NCBI GenBank assembly: GCA_002269645.1
Contig: NIVC01001744.1
Span: 1 to 64,000 of the forward strand
Direction: 5' to 3'
DNA length: 64,000 nt
Origin: Macrostomum lignano
Lineage: Eukaryota
The notes under the pieces were generated by a model. It was not told where the DNA came from. It saw nothing but the letters and a program-made list of their open reading frames with translations, and did not search any database. How positions within the stretch are numbered: position 1 is the stretch's first letter; every line of letters starts with the position of its first letter. Both the position numbers and the translations under genes were made by a program. Shown here piece after piece: positions 24,546 through 35,537 of this stretch.

Positions 24546-27500
24546 CAGCAGCCGCAACCTGGAGGGCATCGTCAAGCAGCTGCTGGTTGGGCAGCCGGCG
24601 GTCTGTCTGACAGACCTGTCGGTGCCTTACGGCCCGTCGGGGCGTCACCGGCTCTCAGTTTACCTGGTCAATATTAAACGGCTTCTAAATCCGACATTTA
24701 AATCCGCTTGTCAGGTTGCCGGCATTCCGGCACAGGATTTGGTGCACGCTCTCGCCGCGCTGTACGATGTTGCTCTGGGCTCCATGGAGACTGAGATTAT
24801 CTATTCGACTGTGTCTGGGGATAATACCTACAGTTTGGTTGCTGTGCGAGAGCCTGAGGAGGCTTTGGCAGCGGCTGAGGCGCGGGCAGAGAGAGCTCTG
24901 GCTGCTGAGAGGAAAAAATTGCAGAAACAGCAGGAGGAGAGGTAAGGGCTGAGCTGGGATATCTGCTGGCTATCTAGCTTGGGGATCAATGGGATATCTG
25001 CTGGCTATCTAGCTTGGGGATCAATGGGATATCTGCTGGCTATCTAGCTTGGGGATCAATGGGATATCTGCTGGCTATCTAGCTTGGGGATCAATGGGAT
25101 ATCTGCTGGCTATCTAGCTTGGGGATCAATGGGATATCTGCCGGCTATCTAGCTTGGGGATCAATGGGATATCTGCCGGCTATCTAGCTTGGGAATCAAT
25201 GGGATATCTGCCGGCTATCTAGCTTGGGAATCAATGGGATATCTGCCGGCTATCTAGCTTGGGGATCAATGGGATATCTGCCGGCTATCTAGCTTGGGGA
25301 TGTGAATGATCAATGGGATATCTGCCAGCTATCTAGCTTGGGGATTAATTGGATATCTGCTGGCTATCTAGCTTGGGAATCAATGGGATATCTGCCGGCT
25401 ATCTAGCTTGGGGATCAATGGGATATCTGCCGGCTATCTAGCTTGGGGATCAATGGGATATCTGCTGGCTATCTAGCTTGGGGATCAATGGGATATCTGC
25501 TGGCTATCTAGCTTGGGATCAATGGGATATCTGCCGGCTATCTAGCTTGGGGATCAATGGGATATCTGCTGGCTATCTAGCTTGGGGATCAATGGGATAT
25601 CTGCTGGCTATCTAGCTTGGGGATCAATGGGATATCTGCCGGCTATCTAGCTTGGGGATCAATGGGATATCTGCTGGCTATCTAGCTTGGGGATCAATGG
25701 ATATCTGCCGGCTATCTAGCTTAAGGATCAATGGGATATCTGCTGGCTATCTAGCTTGGGGATGTGAATGATCAATGGGATATCTGCCAGCTATCTAGCT
25801 TGGGGATTTATTGGATATCTGCCGGCTATCTAGCTTGGGGATTAATTGGATATCTGCCGGCTATCTAGCTTGGGGATCAATGGGATATCTGCCAGCTATC
25901 TAGCTTGGGAATCAATGGGATATCTGCCGGCTATCTAGCTTGGGGATCAATGGGATATCTGCCGGCTATCTAGCTTGGGGATGTGAATGATCAATGGGAT
26001 ATCTGCCAGCTATCTAGCTTGGGGATTAATTGGATATCTGCTGGCTATCTAGCTTGGGAATCAATGGGATATCTGCCGGCTATCTAGCTTGGGGATCAAT
26101 GGGATATCTGCCGGCTATCTAGCTTGGGGATCAATGGGATATCTGCTGGCTATCTAGCTTGGGGGATCAATGGGATATCTGCTGGCTATCTAGCTTGGGG
26201 ATCAATGGGATATCTGCCGGCTATCTAGCTTGGGGATCAATGGGATATCTGCTGGCTATCTAGCTTGGGGATCAATGGGATATCTGCCGGCTATCTAGCT
26301 TAAGGATCAATGGGATATCTGCTGGCTATCTAGCTTGGGGATGTGAATGATCAATGGGATATCTGCCAGCTATCTAGCTTGGGGATTTATTGGATATCTG
26401 CCGGCTATCTAGCTTGGGGATTAATTGGATATCTGCCGGCTATCTAGCTTGGGGATCAATGGGATATCTGCCAGCTATCTAGCTTGGGGATTAATTGGAT
26501 ATCTGCCGGCTATCTAGCTTGGGGATCAATGGGATATCTGCCGGCTATCTAGCTTGGGGATCAATGGGATATCTGCCGGCTATCTAGCTTGGGGATCAAT
26601 GGGATATCTGCCTGCTATCTAGCTTGGGGATCAATGGGATATCTGCCGGCTATCTAGCTTGGGGATCAATGGGATATCTGCCGGCTATCTAGCTTGGGGA
26701 TCAATGGGATATCTGCCGGCTATCTAGCTTGGGATGCGAATGATCAATGGGATATCTGCTGGCTATCTAGCTTTCGGATGTGAATGATCAATGGGATATC
26801 TACTGGCTATCTAGCTTGGGGATGTGAAGGATCAACGGGATATCTACTGGCTATCTAGCTGGGGGATGTGAAGGATCAACGGGATATCTACTGGCTATCT
26901 AGCTGGGGGATGTGAAGGATCAATGGGATATCTACTGGCTATCTAGCTGGGGGATGTGAAGGATCAACGGCATATCTACTGGCTATCTAGCTGGGGGATG
27001 TGAAGGATCAATGGGATATCTATTGCTTCAGAGTAGCTTGTGTGTCCGAGTACCTGCCCATGTTGCACCACTCCGTCCGTGAAACTGCCTGATTAATAGT
27101 TCGGCATCTGGCGACCCGGCGGGCGAGCCTCAGCCAATCGGAGAGGCCCTGGCGCAGGCTCGCAAGGCCCTGTACGTGCCGCTGTTAGCAAAGTACACTC
27201 CGCCAGACGAGGCCGAGCTGGACCACTTTGAGCCAGAGCCGGAGCGAACCTCCGACTTTGTGCAGTTCTACTCGTCTGATGAGGACGGCGAGACCGGTGG
27301 CGACGGCGACGGCGAATGGGAAGATGAGGACGACGATGATGATGAAGATGATTTCTCAGTCGGTTATCGCGGCTTCATCCGGCGGCAGCTGGAATCGCGA
27401 ATTCAATTTGAGGCTCGAGCGGCTGATCGGATAAAGGCGGCTGACGGTGAGCTGGGCGGATGCCTCATCAGCATGGCTAGAGCGGATCTGAGCAGCCTTG

Positions 27501-30232
27501 ATCAACTAATGACCAACACGCTCCGCCCACCCCGAAACCCGAAAGTACACGCTCGACTCACTCTAAAAGTACACTCCTGCTCAAGCCAGAAGTACACACC
27601 TACCCTTACTCGCCCGAATGCACACAGCTATTCGTCCAAAAGTACACCCCACTGTCCACTGGCTTCGAAAGTACACAGTCAAACTCGATGGCCAACAGCC
27701 CAACATGTACATTGCGCAAGCACCAACCAACTCGAAACAACACCAACCAACTCGAAACAACACCAACCAACTCCAAGCAACACCAACCAACTCCAAGCAA
27801 CACCAACCAACTCGAAACAACACCAACCAACTCCAACCAACTCCAACCAACTCCAACGAACTCCAAGCAACACCAACCAACTCCTACCAACCCCAACCAA
27901 CTCCAAGCAACACCAACCAACTCGAAACAACACCAACCAACTCCAACCAGGGGCCACAGAAGGCGCACCAGAAAGCTCAACCAATGAAGCCAAAGCCGCC
28001 AACCCCGCCGTTGTGGATCGGCTCGCGGGGGCGGCCACCTTCGATTTGAAAACTGTGGAGGGCGAGCGCGTCGTCCACCTGGTCTTCCTGGCCGTCCGAT
28101 CTCGGTTCCGCCGGGCTGGCCTGGGCAGCGCCCTGCTCCGCAGCCTCAAGGATCCCGCCATCGTGGGCCGCCACTCCGCTGTGGTTGTCCACGCCGATCC
28201 CGACGCCGTGTCCTTCTTCGCCCGCTGGGGCTTCATCACCGACCCTGTGATGAACGAGAAATGGAAAGAGTTCGCTGATCAGTTCTATAACTGCACTATC
28301 ATGTCCTACCACCCGCCCTGGTCCGCCTTCGCGCCCGATCACCCGGCCCTGCCCTACTCGCCTCGGCTCGATGCCAAGGAGATGGAACGGCAGTTCTTCG
28401 CTAATCGGGCTCAGCAGGTGAGGCAATGGATTTCTTTGATGCGCCGCTCCCTCCCTGATCCTTTGATGTGCCGCTATACCTCCCCGGTCCTTTGATGTGC
28501 CGCTGTAACTCCCCGATCCTTTGATGTGCCGCTGTAACTCCCCGATCCTTTGATGTGCCGCTATAACTCATATCCTTTGATGTGCCGGTATACCTCCCCG
28601 ATCCTTTGATGTGCCGCTATACCTCCCCGATCCTTTGATGTGCCGCTGTAACTCCCCGATCCTTTGATGTGCCGGTATACCTCCCCGATCCTTTGATGTG
28701 CCGGTATACCTCCCCGATCCTTTGATGTGCCGGTATACCTCCCCGATCCTTTGATGTGCCGCTATACCTCCCCGATCCTTTGATGTGCCGCTGTAACTCA
28801 TATCCTTTGATGTGCCGCTATACCTCCCCGATCTAAGTATCGTTGCCGCCACTAACTAACCCAGGCGTTTTCAGTGCTTATCTATATAATCCGATGCGTA
28901 ACTCGCACTCATCCATCCCCAACTTGCATGTGTCAGGTTAAGTCTCTAAACTCCCAAACAATTCTATTCGAACGAATGCGCCACGAGCTGGCCCACCTCC
29001 GCCTGCTGGTGCAGTCCAGGGACGACCTGATTCGCTCGCTCACCGAGCAGCTGCGCTTAGCGACTGGAGTCGGTGCCGAAGGCGGCGAGGCAGCTGACGG
29101 GCCTCAGAAGGCGGCTTCTCTGTCGGACGCGCCAGAGAGCGCCGCCACCGTAGAAAAAACCGATCCGGCTGTTCCAGCGCGCTGGCGCCAAGCTGCCGCG
29201 CGAATTGAGCGCGGTCTGAACTCCGATCCTCGGGCGCCGAATGGTCGGCACCGGGTCATTGCGGTGCGCGAACCCGCGACCGCTCTGTCCGAGTTGTGGC
29301 GCCATCAGCAGCAGCACGCGCAGTGCATCCAGCTGTACCTGTGCGGACCGCGGCGGGCCGAGGCCTGCGAGGCTCTGCTAGAGCGCGGATTCACCGGTGC
29401 TGAGCACATGGAGCAGGTAGGGCCACCTTGCCTGCCCTCTCTGACCCTTCTCTAGCCGTGTAAAGGAGTTACAGATATTGTAAATAATAATTGATTACCT
29501 GCCCTATTGGGCAGATGGCAACCGACAGCTCAGCCGCAGCTATTGCGCGGCGCATCTGAAGGCTGCGTACGGCTGTTCAGTCCAAGGACTGGGGAGTCGC
29601 CACACACCCTAAATTACCCCAGCTAATGCTGGCAGACATTTTACAGCTGGGTGAACCGAAGCAATGCAGAGTTAAGTGTCAGTGTCAGAGTGGGACCGGG
29701 AATCGAACCCCCGACCTTCACGTCGTGAGTCCGACGTTCTAACCACTAGGCTACAACCAACCTATATAAATAATAAGTAGATTTGCGTGTAAACTACTTG
29801 CAGTTCAGTAGAAAGTAAACAAGAAGCATTTTAATGTGTTTTTACGCTCGTCGGCAAAAGTCGCTTATTTTAGTAAGACTTAAATTTTAGGCGACGTAAA
29901 ATCGATTAACTTTAACTTTTAAAAATGCAACACTTTGCCAGGGCGCATTCGGCTTAGGCTTCTATTTGAGTCCCTCGCCGCTCACGGCTGCCCTGTACGC
30001 TCCATCCGGGATGCTGCTCCTGGTCTGGGCGGCCCTCGGCGCCACCGAGACCGTCGTGTCGCCCTGCCGCGGCCGCGCCGGCCCCTCGGCCGGCTACCAG
30101 TCGCTGCTGTGTCCTGGCCGTTCGGCTTACAAAGGCGACGATAACTTGGCTAGGGAATACCTGGTGTTTGATCCCAGGCAGCTGTCGCCCTGTCTGCTAG
30201 TGCTGTACAAAGACGATGCTGGTGATGAATGA
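24546..30232 (+). CDS. GCN5-like GNAT acetyltransferase + coiled coil + PARP-like ADP-ribosyltransferase domain protein (5' end not located)
   Basis: Exons ~24546-24941, 27100-27446, 27951-28417, 28937-29416, 29942-30232; all GT-AG and phase-compatible (>650 aa). GNAT motifs: RRAGLG and HADPDAVSFFARWGF. PARP-like motifs: GAFGLGFYLS and EYLVFDPRQLSPCLLVLY. Confidence 0.85.
24955..27020. repeat. 35-bp satellite GGGATATCTGCCGGCTATCTAGCTTGGGGATCAAT filling an intron
   Basis: ~55-60 copies beginning just after the donor at 24942. Confidence 0.97.
27721..27950. repeat. 20-bp repeat CACCAACCAACTCCAAGCAA abutting the splice acceptor
   Basis: Direct inspection; 10-bp subunits. Confidence 0.9.
28457..28832. 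repeat. 29-bp intronic repeat GATCCTTTGATGTGCCGCTATACCTCCCC
   Basis: ~13 copies. Confidence 0.95.
29485..29757 (-). mobile_element. tRNA-derived SINE in an intron
   Basis: Minus strand has Pol III box A (TAGCCTAGTGGTT) and box B (GGTTCGATTCC), a body containing CACCCAGCTGTAAAATG, and an ATT-like tail; the cloverleaf does not close. Confidence 0.75.
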
Positions 30233-30569
30233 TTTTCATTTTCTTTTGTTTTGGCATGCAGTTCTGTGCAGTTTCAATTTCTGGTGTTGTGTTGTTGAAA
30301 TTTCACTGCGATCAGTTTTGATATTAGAGAAAAAATGAATTAATGTGGTTTAAGAAGTTGCCTTTGAAATCTGCTTATTTCCGTCCATGCGACCCTGTTT
30401 TATTGCTGTTTTTTCACTCACTCTGTCAACTCTATTCCTAGATTTTTGGTACGATTTGTTACTCTGCTTTTTATCTTCTGGCTGTGCTAACTTTACACTC
30501 TTTTATTAGTTTTGTTTTGTTCTCAGTTGAAGCCTTGAAGGATTGACTGCATGCAATCACCTTATGTAG

Positions 30570-31150
30570 CCACAACCCCCGCCCCATCCAGGCCCCTGTG
30601 TAGCAACGACCCCACAACCACCACCCCATCCAGGCCCCTGTGTAGCCACGACCCCACAACCACCACCCCATCCAGGCCCCTGTGTAGCAACGACCCCGCA
30701 ACCACCACCCCATCCAGGAACCCGAAACCACCACCCCATAAAGGGTAGCCACAACCCCGAAACCACCACCCCATCCAGGGTAGCCACAGCCCCGAAATCA
30801 CCACCCCATCCAGGGTAGCCATAAGCCGAAACCACCACCCCATAAAGGGTAGCCACAACCCCGAAATCACCACCCCATCCAGGGTAGCCACAACCCCGAA
30901 ACCACCACCCCATCCAGGGTAGCCACAGCCCCGAAATCACCACCCCATCCAGGGTAGCCACAACCCCGAAACCACCACCCCATAAAGGGTAGCCACAACC
31001 CCGAAATCACCACCCCATCCAGGGTAGCCACAGCCCCGAAACCACCACCCCATCCAGGGTAGCCACAGCCCCGAAACCACCACCCCAGCCAGGGTAGCCA
31101 CAGCCCCGAAACCACCACCCCAGCCAGGGTAGCCACAGCCCCGAAACCAC
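30570..31150. repeat. ~35-bp tandem repeat CCCCGAAACCACCACCCCATCCAGGGTAGCCACAG
   Basis: Direct inspection; the 5' copies are a variant type. Confidence 0.95.
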
Positions 31151-31699
31151 CACTTCAGCCGGGCTAGGGTTAGCTCTATATACACTTTGTTATTAGCTTG
31201 AGTAATTTTTAGCATTCGCTACTATTAGTAGCTGAATTTTAGTGCCAATTCAAAAAATTAACTTTAAATAACTTAAACAGTGCTTGATATTTTGGTATGC
31301 AGCGTCATACGCAAGCTATGTTACACCAAATTCAACGAAACATTTCAAATGAATCGATGCTAATAATATTATAAAACTATATTTTGATTTATTGGAGTAG
31401 TTTTTTATCAAGATTTTTATGTTATTGTTATATTCTTCTACTTTGCTAATCTACTTAGGGTTTTCCTTCGGCATGCCTTATCTGAACAAAAATTTGTACT
31501 GGTCGCGCATTCTTGCATTCTTCCAGCTGATGCCTGCCGCGATATTCGATTTGCTGATTTAATTTTCAAAATAAATATTGGTATATCCGAATGCACTTAC
31601 TTATAGTAGTTTACCGTTAAAATATTTAGAGGTCTCGCTTTTTGCGGTCTTCTTTGTCACAAAGTGCAACTACCAACGAGAATTGAATAGAAAAAGGGT

Positions 31700-32866
31700 G
31701 GATTTGAGGAAGGAGAGGGCGGGTTGAGAAAGGAGAGGGCGGGTTCAGGAAGGAGAGGGTGGTTTGAGGAAGGAGAGGGTGGTTTGAGGAAGGAGAGGGC
31801 GGGTTGAGGAAGGAGAGGGCGGGTTGAGGAAGGAGAGGGTGGTTTGAGGAAGGAGAGGGTGGTTTGAGGAAGGAGAGGGCGGGTTGAGGAAGGAGAGGGT
31901 GGTTTGAGGAAGGAGAGGGTGGTTTGAGGAAGGAGAGGGTGGTTTGAGGAAGGAGAGGGCGGGTTGAGGAAGGAGAGGGTGGTTTGAGGAAGGAGAGGGT
32001 GGTTTGAGGAAGGAGAGGGCGGGTTGAGGAAGGAGAGGGCGGGTTGAGGAAGGAGAGGGTGGTTTGAGGAAGGAGAGGGCGGGTTGAGAAAGGAGAGGGC
32101 GGATCTAGGAAGGAGAGGGTGGTTTGAGGAAGGAGAGGGTGGTTTGAGGAAGGAGAGGGTGGTTTGAGGAAGGAGAGGGTGGTTTGAGGAAGGAGAGGGT
32201 GGTTTGAGGAAGGAGAGGGTGGTTTGAGGAAGGAGAGGGCGGGTTGAGGAAGGAGAGGGCGGGTTGAGGAAGGAGAGGGCGGATCTAGGAAGGAGAGGGC
32301 GGGTTGAGGAAGGAAAGGGCGGGTTGAGAAAGGAGAGGGCGGATCGAGGAAGGATAGGGCGGGTTGAAGAAGGAGAGGGCGGATCGAGAAAGGAGAGGGC
32401 GGATCGAGGAAGGAGAGGGTGGTTTGAGGAAGGAGAGGGTGGTTTGAGGAATGAGAGGGCGGGTTGAGGAAGGAGAGGGCGGGTTGAGGAAGGAGAGGGT
32501 GGATCTAGGAAGGAGAGGGCGGGTTGAGGAAGGAAAGGGCGGGTTGAGAAAGGAGAGGGCGGATCGAGGAAGGATAGGGCGGGTTGAGGAAGGAGAGGGC
32601 GGGTTGAGAAAGGAGAGGGCGGATCGAGGAAGGAGAGGGCGGGTTGAGGAAGGAGAAGGCGGGTTGAGAAAGGAGAGGGCGGATCGAGGAAGGATAGGGC
32701 GGGTTGAGGAAGGAGAGGGCGGATCGAGGAAGGATAGGGCGGGTTGAGGAAGGAGAGGGCGGATCTAGGAAGGAGAGGGCGGGTTGAGGAAGGAGAAGGC
32801 GGGTTGAGGAAGGAGAAGGCGGGTTGAGGAAGGAGAGGACGGGTTGAGGAAGGAGAGAGCGGATCA
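31700..32866. repeat. 20-bp purine-rich satellite GGGTTGAGGAAGGAGAGGGC
   Basis: ~58 copies. Confidence 0.97.
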
Positions 32867-33563
32867 AGCGGGTTTCAGAATGCAGTACATTGAATTTATT
32901 GTGCTACATGTAATCTGCCTGCTTGTCTACGGCAGCTCCCCAAGCTGCTATCCAAGCTTAATTTGCTAACGGCGGCTCTGCTTAACCTGAGATTCTAGTA
33001 ATCCACTGTGCCAGTCAGCCTTTCACAAGGCGCAATGAATTAAATTCGAATAGCCCAATGTTAAGGCGTTACTTTGCAAACAGGCTCGTTCGTTCAATAA
33101 TCCATAATCAGTGCATTGTACTGCAATAATATAATATATGCAGGCGTATGTACAGCAATTGCCTGCATTGCAAAGCAATTGCAAAGCAGCAGAGAAAGAG
33201 ATTATCGCATTGAGACTTCGGTCATGTGAAGGCTTCGTGTAGGCAGGCAGCCGCGTGCTTTCACAAATCGTTAAGAATATTGGCGAAAGCAGAAGCAGTT
33301 AGTCATCTTTCTATAAAAAAATAACATCCTTGATTTTCTTAGAAATGAGATGGAGGCCAGGTGTACATGGTTATTGGCTTGTCCTTGATTCGTGGGTGCC
33401 GCATGATCGCGGTGGACTTGCGAGCGAGCTCTTGCAAACAGGATATTGAATATACGAGCATACTGAAATGTGGAAGCAGGCAAGAGGCAACAAGCGGGTG
33501 ATAAATTACAGAATACAGACATGCATGGCACTGATAACTGACCGGCTGTTGTGGGCGCCACTG

Positions 33564-35108
33564 TCTAACAGGTAGACGCTACCGTCTAACAGGTAGACGC
33601 TACCGTCTAACAGGTAAACGCGCTACTGTCTAACAGGTAGACGCTACTGTCTAACAGGTAGATGTTACTGTCTAACAGGTAGACGCTACCGTCTAACAGG
33701 TAGATGCTACTGTCTAACAGGTAGACGCTACCGTCTAACAGGTAGACGCTACTGTCTAACAGGTAGACGCTACCGTCTAACAGGTAGACGCGCTACTGTC
33801 TAACAGGTAGATGCTACTGTCTAACAGGTAGACGCTACCGTCTAACAGGTAGATGCTACTGTCTAACAGGTAGACGCTACCGTTTAACAGGTAGATGCTA
33901 CGGTCTAACAGGTAGACGCTACTGTCTAACAGGTAGACGCTACCGTCTAACAGGTAGATGCTACGGTCTAACAGGTAGATGCTACTGTCTAACAGGTAGA
34001 CGCTACCGTCTAACAGGTAGACGCTACCGTCTAACAGGTAGATGCTACGGTCTAACAGGTAGACGCTACTGTCTAACAGGTAGATGCTACCGTCTAACAG
34101 GTAGACGCTACTGTCTAACAGGTAGATGCTACTGTCTAACAGGTAGACGCTACCGTCTAACAGGTAGATGCTACTGTCTAACAGGTAGACGCTACCATCT
34201 AACAGGTAGACGCTACCGTCTAACAGGTAGATGCTACTGTCTAACAGGTAGACGCTACCGTTTAACAGGTAGATGCTACGGTCTAACAGGTAGACGCTAC
34301 TGTCTAACAGGTAGACGCTACCGTCTAACAGGTAGATGCTACGGTCTAACAGGTAGATGCTACTGTCTAACAGGTAGACGCTACCATCTAACAGGTAGAC
34401 GCTACCGTCTAACAGGTAGATGCTACTGTCTAACAGGTAGATGCTACTGTCTAACAGGTAGACGCTACCGTCTAACAGGTAGATGCTACTGTCTAACAGG
34501 TAGACGCTACTGTCTAACAGGTAGACGCTACCGTCTAACAGGTAGATGCTACGGTCTAACAGGTAGACGCTACCGTCTAACAGGTAGATGCTACGGTCTA
34601 ACAGGTAGACGCTACCGTCTAACAGGTAGATGCTACGGTCTAACAGGTAGACGCTACCGTCTAACAGGTAGATGCTACGGTCTAACAGGTAGACGCTACC
34701 GTCTAACAGGTAGATGCTACGGTCTAACAGGTAGACGCTACCGTCTAACAGGTAGATGCTACTGTCTAACAGGTAGACGCTACTGTCTAACAGGTAGACG
34801 CTACCGTCTAACAGGTAGATGCTACGGTCTAACAGGTAGATGCTACTGTCTAACAGGTAGACGCTACTGTCTAACAGGTAGACGCTACCGTCTAACAGGT
34901 AGATGCTACGGTCTAACAGGTAGACGCTACCGTCTAACAGGTAGATGCTACGGTCTAACAGGTAGACGCTACCGTCTAACAGGTAGATGCTACGGTCTAA
35001 CAGGTAGACGCTACCGTCTAACAGGTAGATGCTACTGTCTAACAGGTAGACGCTACTGTCTAACAGGTTGACGATACTGTCTAACAGGTCAGCGCCACTG
35101 TCTAACAG
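33564..35108. repeat. 21-bp satellite GTCTAACAGGTAGACGCTACC
   Basis: ~73 copies; produces the spurious 448-aa LLDGSVY ORF. Confidence 0.97.
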
Positions 35109-35537
35109 TGCTTTCACAGTCACTCAAGCTAATACATGTAAATAGACAGAATCGCAAATCTTATTATTTCTTAGAAAGCAAGGCTATTCAACAAAAAGCG
35201 CAGAGTCAAGCGGCACAAGGAACAATACTACAAATACATGAACGAGTTTTCGAAAACAAGACGCTCTCTTTGTTAGTCTTTTGGAAGAAGACTTTGGAAG
35301 CTAGCAAAAAATAATAATTAAAGCAAGCATTATATCGTGACGTTTAGTTTTTTGTGGTTGCTTGTGCCCCAACTTCACTAATCCAAAGACGAAATGCCAT
35401 CTTCAAGGTACTACTTATATAAGTAGGGTTTATCAGTCGGTCCTCAAGTAAAGAAAAAATTTTCGAATTCTAATTGCAAAAATAGCGAAAGACGCTATTT
35501 TTACTACTCGAGAGGTGCACAGAACGGCGCCGAAATA

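Noticed and set aside
689-27020. Regular arrays as possible CRISPR loci
   Set aside because: Head-to-tail repeats without unique spacers, no cas genes, eukaryotic context.
29686-29757. tRNA-Val(CAC)-like gene on the minus strand
   Set aside because: Anticodon and acceptor stems do not pair and it continues into a SINE body.
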